A stretch of DNA of 64,000 bases from Octopus vulgaris. Taxonomy: Eukaryota. Shown one piece after another: positions 56,899 through 64,000 of this stretch. The stretch's first letter is position 1. Each line of letters starts with the position of its first letter. The notes under the pieces were generated by a model, which saw only the letters and a program-made list of their open reading frames with translations, did no database searches and was not told the origin of the DNA. Location of the stretch: the NCBI GenBank assembly GCA_951406725.2, contig OX597826.1:67332001-67396000 (forward strand). Reading direction: 5' to 3'. Made by a program: the position numbers and the translations under genes.

Positions 56899-57125
56899 TA
56901 TAATCATAGTCGTCGTCATGATCGTTATCGTCATCATCACCATCATCGTCATCATCATCGCCATCATCATCATGATCATCTTATTCTCCCTAGCCATCAT
57001 CATTACCATAGTCACTATAATCTTCGTGACGAACGATGACAATTTCGTCTGCGACCTCAACAACAGCGACGATGCTAATAGCTATATCAGCACCAATACG
57101 AACAACAACAACTACAACAACAAAT
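56460..57125. repeat. Low-complexity CAC/CAT/CCG trinucleotide region
   Basis: Degenerate triplet repeats. Confidence 0.8.
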
Positions 57126-57244
57126 GAAGAAGCAACACAAACAAGGATAATCTGAACCACAACAAACAAACAAAATAAGTCAAGAAAACAAAATCGTTCA
57201 TCATTAAATTACTAAATTAAAAAACAATTTACAAATATTATGAT

Positions 57245-57432
57245 GATATACTTGCATAGCAAGTGACCTGATCTGGGATCGTGCGCTGAAACAAAAACAA
57301 ATGCATCGTGGAAGGTGTTTATAAGCCATTTAAAACACAAGCAAAAGTCTGTTGATTCATTTCAACATTTAAATTTAATTTGTCAAAATATTTTCGTCGC
57401 TTTGAGACCGCGACCTGTCCACAGGCAAAATT
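57245..57432 (-). repeat. Interspersed repeat, also present diverged at about 22890-23015 (+)
   Basis: Shared aatattttgaca...ttttaaatggct...cttccacg(a/c)tgca(t/a)ttgtt. Confidence 0.6.
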
Positions 57433-57644
57433 CAGTTCTGCATCTCATTATTCACAAATAAAGATAAGAAATAAACGAACAAGAAAAAACAAACACAACG
57501 ACAACGAAGTGTTTGATGAAAGGGTAATCTCTTCTGCAAGACAAATGGTATTTAACAAACAATAAGAGGAAGAAGAAAATGAAGGTGTTAAATTACACCG
57601 GTGGACATCGTATCAACGAAAAACCCTGTCAGCAACAGCGTCAA

Positions 57645-57664
57645 CGACAACAACAACAACTAGA

Positions 57665-57725
<61 letters not shown>

Positions 57726-58056
57726 TGGCTGCTGCTGCTGCTGCTACTACTACTACTACTACTACAGCAACTACTGCTGCTACTACTACTACAACTACTA
57801 CTGCTGCTGCTACTACTACTGCTACTACTACTACTACAACTACTACTACTATTACTACTACTACTACAACTACTACTGCTACTACTAAAACTACAACTAC
57901 TGCTGCTACTAATACTGCTACTACTACTACAACTACTACTACTACTATTACTACTACAACTGCAACTACTGCTGCTACTACTAAAACTACAACTACTGCT
58001 GCTACTAATACTGCTACTACTACCTCTACTACTACTACTAATACTACTACTACTGT

Positions 58057-58094
<38 letters not shown>

Positions 58095-58178
58095 ATAATA
58101 ATAATAATAGAAGAAAAAGAAGAAGAAGAAGAAGAAGAAGAAGAAGAAGAAGAAGAAGAAGAAGAAGAAGAAGAAGAA
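57645..58178. repeat. (CTA)n/(CTG)n then (GAA)n arrays
   Basis: Direct reading. Confidence 0.95.
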
Positions 58179-58757
58179 ATCGGCAGCACCAACAGCAGCA
58201 TCAGCTGGCATCGATGACAGCAGCGTTGAAATAGAGAAAGGCAAATGCCAAAACAAAGGCAACAGATAACAATTAACATAAAAAAATAGAAGCAGTACAA
58301 AAAAAAAACACCAGCAACAACACCAACAGCAACAACAGCTGCCGCAAGTGCAACAATAACAACAACAAAAACATCGGTACTACCACAAAAAAAGGCTACA
58401 ACTGGTACACGAACAGCTAAAACATCCACAGCAAGAACAACAAACAACAACAACAATAGAAACCACAACATCAATATCAACAACAACAAACAAACAAACA
58501 AACAAACAGCAAACAGCAACAACAAATATAAAAAAAAATAGCAAAAGCAACGGTAAAAACAACGTCGAAAGAAAAAGCAAAAAGGAAAGAAAAATAGAAG
58601 GAAATGAAAAAGACGAAGAACATCAAGAAGAAGAAATGAACAAGAAGTGGAAGAAGATGAAGAAATTGACGAAGAAGATGGAAAAAGAAAAGAACAATAA
58701 CATCATGAAAAACAACGGCAAAAACTTGAAGGCTACTGCGGCTGCTGCTGCTGCTAT

Positions 58758-58810
<53 letters not shown>

Positions 58811-58827
58811 TTACTACAATCACCACC

Positions 58828-59256
58828 AATAATAATAATAATAATAATAACAATAACAACAATAATAATAATAATATTAATAATAATAATATCAATAATA
58901 ATAATAATGATAATATTAATAATAATAATAACAATAATAATAATAATGATAATAACAATAACAATAATAATAATAATAATGATAATAACAATAACAATAA
59001 TAATAATAATAATATTAATAATAATAATAACAATAATAATAATAATGATAATAACAATAACAATAATAATAATAATAATGATAATAACAATAACAACAAT
59101 AATAATAATAATGATAATAACAATAACAATAATAATAATAATAATACTAACAATAATAATAATAATGATAATAATAATAACAATAATAATAATAATAATA
59201 ATAATAACAATAACAATAATAAGAATAACAATAACAATAATAATAATAATAATAAC

Positions 59257-59324
<68 letters not shown>

Positions 59325-59331
59325 TAATAAT

Positions 59332-59387
<56 letters not shown>

Positions 59388-59394
59388 TAATAAT

Positions 59395-59450
<56 letters not shown>

Positions 59451-59469
59451 TAATAATAATAATAATAAC

Positions 59470-59501
<32 letters not shown>

Positions 59502-59505
59502 CAAC

Positions 59506-59537
<32 letters not shown>

Positions 59538-59544
59538 TAATAAT

Positions 59545-59603
<59 letters not shown>
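58828..59603. repeat. Long (AAT)n array with AAC/GAT higher-order pattern
   Basis: About 775 bp; recurring aataataatgataataacaataac blocks. Confidence 0.95.
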
Positions 59604-59605
<2 letters not shown>

Positions 59606-60210
59606 GACAGCCAATGTACGCAGCTAGCCCAGTAGGAATATGAGACGTCACGACAATATAGCAAGGCTTGTTCATTGGACACTTTGCAACAAGAATAGGA
59701 CTTGACAGAGCAAAGAATTGGTACGACCATAAACCTGAAGGCATCGTCGAAAATAGAAATGCAAAGATCCTATTGCATTTTATGATTCAGTGCGACCATG
59801 AGGTAGAGAATAGGAAGCCAGACATAGTCTTAACTGACAAAGAAATCAAACTATGCTGTATCATAGATATAGCAAGGGCAGCTATGCGATAAGGAAGAAA
59901 GAAAAGCTGAGAGATATGATAGTTTAGCTTGGGAAGTTAAGCAGTTGTGATCGATGAAAGATGTAGCAGTACCAATAATTGTTGGAACCCTGGGAATAAT
60001 GAGCAAAAATATTGAGAAGTACGTAGGACAAATAGGGGCTGCAAAAAGGGTGGAGCACTTGCAGAAAATAGCATTGCTTGGAATCGTTCGTAGTTTGTTG
60101 TCTCGAAGGTGCTCGTAAAATAAGAGGTGTTTAATTACCTTAGTTCACTTGTAGTGAACAGCTGACACTATAGCACATCTCCACCGTTAGAAGCTGTGCG
60201 ACGGCAATGG
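59604..60210 (+). mobile_element. 5'-truncated R4/Dong-like RLE LINE directly after (AAT)n
   Basis: CTQLAQ*EY../RHDNIARLVHW..WYDHKPEGIVEN..RKPDIVL..IIDIA..PIIVGTLG..LQKIALLG. Confidence 0.88.
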
Positions 60211-60212
60211 TA

Positions 60213-60443
60213 GGCGGCGGACTGGCAGCACCATTAGTGCGCCGGACGAAATGCTTAGCAGTATTTCGTCTGCCGTTACGTTCTGAGTTCAAATTCCACC
60301 GAGTTCGACTTTGCCTTTCATCCTTTCGGAATCGATAAATAAAGTATCAGTTACGCACTGGGATCGATGTAATCGACTTAATCCGTTTGTCTGTCCTTGT
60401 TTGTTCCCTCTGTGTGTAGCCCCTTGTGGGTAGTAAAGAAATA
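60213..60443 (+). mobile_element. SINE type B1, full length
   Basis: Matches 6321-6551. Confidence 0.9.
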
Positions 60444-60649
60444 AGTAATAAAGATAATAATTCCATTTATTTGTCATAAGGGCGAAAATGGGGGCGGACA
60501 ATATAAAGACAGACATAAAGTGTGGACGGCTGACATAACGAACTGATAAAAAAATGAAAGTAAGTATACAGTGTATAGACTGAAAAAGATGGGATATATG
60601 TATAGCATACAAAGGTGTAAAGAAAGGACAAAATGGCGGGGAATGCAAC

Positions 60650-61705
60650 GAACCTTTGCAAAATGTCTGAGAAGAGTATCGAAAGCGTCACTCACATTGT
60701 TAATGCTTGTGAAAGTCTTGCGCAGAAAGAGTACTTCACTGGCTACTATCGATACGAGGTAACGAGCGTTTGATACCAACATACATCGGACAAAGGGAAG
60801 GTAAAAATCCTCTGGGACTTTGACTTCCAGACAGACAAGGTGTTAGGGCACTGAAGGCGGGATATAGTAACATTTGGGGAGGCGCAATGGCCTAGTGGTT
60901 AGGGCAGCAGACTCGCGGTCATAGGATCGCGGTTTCGATTCCCAGACCGGGCGTTGTGAGTGTTTATTGAGCGAAAACACCTAAAGCTCCACGAGGCTCC
61001 AGCAGGGGATGGTGGTGATCCCTGCTGTACTCTTTTACCACAACTTTCTCTCACTCTTACTTCCTGTTTCTGTTGTACCTGTATTTCAAAGGGCCGGCCT
61101 TGTCACTCTGTGTCACGCTGAATATCCCCGAGAACTACGTTAAGGGTACACATGTCTGTGGAGTGCTCAGCCACTTACACGTTAATTTCACGAGCAGGCT
61201 GTTCCGTTGATTCGGATCAACCGGAACCCTCGTCGTCGTAACCGACGGAGTGCTTCCACTATAGTAACATTTATGAGGCGGGATATAGTAGCAAGAGTGC
61301 GTAATAATCGACGTGGCAGTGCTAGGAGATCAACATATTATCATGAAAGAAAGAGAAAAGAATGATAGATATGGCGACCTGGGAATTGAGGTCGTCAAGA
61401 TGTGGCAGCTACGAGAGTCAAGTAAAAAGTTTGTCCTTATTGTCATCGGAACATTGGGTTCAATACCACCCAACCTGACAAAGCATTTGGAAAAATACAT
61501 CTGAAAGAAAAAAAAAACATTTAGAAATACCCTACAATCTAGGTGTATTGCAAAAATCAGCATTACTTGAAGCTGCACGCATGTTGCGTAAATTACTGTC
61601 TATCTGGGGTCCTCGTGACTTGACAAAGAGTACAAACTCCCGGTAGAGACAATATTTTCAATCAACATCACAATATTAGATACTCTACGACGTCTTAATA
61701 ATAAT
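60650..61705 (+). mobile_element. R4/Dong-like RLE LINE fragment interrupted by SINE C
   Basis: CKM..ESVTHIVNAC..LAQKEY..KILWDFDFQTDK; resumes IIDVAV..RYGDL..IVIGTLG..LQKSALL; ends aataataat. Confidence 0.88.
60876..61259 (+). mobile_element. SINE type C, full length, with 13-bp TSD
   Basis: TSD tatagtaacattt at 60863-60875 and 61260-61272. Confidence 0.93.
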
Positions 61706-61719
61706 TATGCTTTAAAATA

Positions 61720-61920
61720 TTGGCCCTAGGCCAGCAATTATGAGGGAAGGGTAGTCGATTACATTGACCCCCCTCCCCAGGATTCAACTGGTACTTATTT
61801 TATCGACCCCAAAAGGATCAAAGGTAAAGTCGACATGGGCGGAATTTGAACTCAAAACGTAACGACAGACGAAATGCTGTTAAGCATTTTGCCTAGTGTG
61901 GTAACCATTCTGCCAGCTCG
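61720..61920 (-). mobile_element. SINE type B2
   Basis: B-type body with the tail tcgactacccttccctcataattgctggcc. Confidence 0.8.
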
Positions 61921-62672
61921 CAATAATAATAATGATGATGATGATGATGGTGATGATGATGGTGGTGATGATGATGATTTCTTCCATTGGCCTTAAGGGT
62001 CCAAGGCATGGAGGGAAATATCAAAGGACGAGATACAACACAAAAATCAGTTGATTAAGAGAAGACACTACAACATTGGAAAATATAATAAAATGATGAA
62101 TAAACAGAAATTAGAAAAATAGGTAATTAATAAATTGAGTAACCTGTAGCGGGGTTGCCCACTCAGGTTAAACCGGAGTAAACACTAGGAAATAGTCCCG
62201 CATTACTCTGCCATACCCAAAAGGTTCTTTCCTCCTACTTAGACAAGCAAAATAGATTACAGCAAATATTTTACTCAGTATCAAAAGCTAGCACGACATT
62301 TGCTTCACCTTAACCAGGTAAGTATGTTCCCTACTGGCTAACAATGTGTGCATCTCTGATCACAAGCAGAAGTAGTGAGGGAGTACCATAGCCGTGCGTT
62401 GAGAAGGATTCTTGGAGGATTGAATATTTGACAGTTGGAAACACCATTGTTTTGTTCATCATCCTGAAAGTATTATTATTCGAAGACCTTTTCAGCGGGA
62501 CAGGCTATTCGACCTGCATGAAATTCTAACTGGGTCTTACCTGCAAGATCATGCGCTGTTTATCGGGATATTAAGTTATCGTGCAGTTGTGGTGCATGTG
62601 CCTGGTGTACCGTTATCAGACTGGTATATTGGGGTTCGTATATTTGTACCCCAGTGTTACTTTCATGGCGTA

Positions 62673-62955
62673 GATCGAAGACCAAAAATCATGTCTGTTA
62701 ATTGATATAACGGTGCCATTTGATAGAAGCAAAAGCCATCGAAAAACAAGGACACTAATATTGGTATATCTAGGACATGGCAATTAAAAAAAATCTAAAA
62801 TATCCAAGCTTTTGTGAGTGCCCTGGAAATGATCAAGTAAGGAACCGACAATTTTTTTTTGCCAGGTTCCAGGGAAACCAACAATTTACGAAGTTCAAAA
62901 AATTGTGCTTACATCAACCACTCACCTTCTCATGAAGTTTCTTTGCATCCAATAT
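62673..62955 (+). mobile_element. Decayed R4/Dong-like RLE C-terminal fragment
   Basis: SCLLIDITVP..ISRTWQLK..VSALEMIK..EVQKIVLTSTTHLL. Confidence 0.65.
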
Positions 62956-63689
62956 ACACGCGCCTTAGGTTTCTGGTTGAGACGTGGCCAGAAGATGAAA
63001 TAAAATGGAAATCAAACGCAAACAAAACAAATTAACAACAACAACAACAACCGAAAAAACAGCAACAACTATAATAATGATAAGACGAAGAAGATAAAGT
63101 AGTAGAAAGAGATTACGAAGAAGAAAAGAATGAGGAAGAAAAGGACGACGAAGAGGAAGGGGATGAAGATAAAGAAAAGAAGCACCAAGAACTACCACCA
63201 CCACCACCACCACCACCATCACCATTACTACCACAACAACAACACTAGAAACAATAACAACAACAACAACAACGGACATATCAAGAGCCCAAAATGGTGG
63301 CAAGTACAACGGCAGCCACTTCAGATGCTTCTAAAATATCATGATTGAACAGAAATATGAAAGAACGCCATTTTGTAAACTGGAACGGAAAAAAAATATG
63401 ATACTTCACCACATGCGTCAGAGGAACTTCAAAATAATGAAAGCTCAACAGCAGCGGGGATGAAACTTAGAAGAATAAAAAAAACCTATTCCCCCACACA
63501 CGCAGATACAAACACACACACTCACAGATACACACACACATAGACACACACGGGGATGCACGTATACATACGCATACATACAAATACATTGGGCCACAAC
63601 AAAATGGTCATCATAATGTTAAAATGGTTATCGATATTTAACCTGCAAGAAATAATGATAAAGATCATAGGTTTCTATTTATAAGGCAG

Positions 63690-63885
63690 ACATCTTGAAA
63701 TATTTGGGGAAATCGGTCAGTCGGATATACGGATCCCCATTGCTTCAACTGGTACTTGATTTTATCCATCCCGAAAGGATGAAAGACAAAGCCGACCGCG
63801 GTGGAGTTTGAACTTAGGACCTAGTCCCAGAAGAAATGCCGCTAAGCATTATTTCTGGCGTGCAAACGATTCTGCCAGGTTGCTG
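63690..63885 (-). mobile_element. Diverged SINE type B
   Basis: ctggcagaatcgtttgcacgcc..gttcaaactcc..ctttcatcctttcggg..aagtaccag. Confidence 0.75.
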
Positions 63886-64000
63886 CTTTAACAACAACAG
63901 CAGCAGTAGCAACAATATCAACAACAACAACGACAACAGCAACAGCAACAATAACAACAATGGCAGCAGCAACAGCAACAACATCAGAAACAACAACAGC

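Noticed and set aside
56443-59730. Long ORFs (up to 417 aa) rich in His, Ser, Leu, Asn or Ile
   Set aside because: They are translations of trinucleotide microsatellites that are open in several frames on both strands.

Overview
AT-rich eukaryotic (animal) non-coding DNA with no supportable host protein-coding exon. The repeat content (tRNA-derived SINEs plus very dense TA/CA/ATGT/AAT microsatellites) suggests a coleoid cephalopod, probably Octopus; this is an inference. Nearly all ORFs in the supplied track are microsatellite translations. The window holds about 25 copies of four tRNA-headed SINE types (labelled A-D here), several with clear target-site duplications. It also holds decayed LINE fragments of the R4/Dong (restriction-like endonuclease, RLE), RTE and CR1/L2 groups, Penelope-like element (PLE) remnants (RT and GIY-YIG), non-autonomous Helitrons, a mariner fragment and probable MITEs. 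The most notable observations are: (1) a dispersed set of short elements carrying minimal hammerhead-ribozyme-like folds with shared non-canonical cores, including a tandem pair; (2) SINE head and tail modules present in all four combinations; (3) a 184-bp headless SINE tandem array suggesting self-targeted insertion; (4) repeated Dong-like insertions in (TAA)n tracts. All family assignments come from reading the sequence and recalling motifs, not from database searches.
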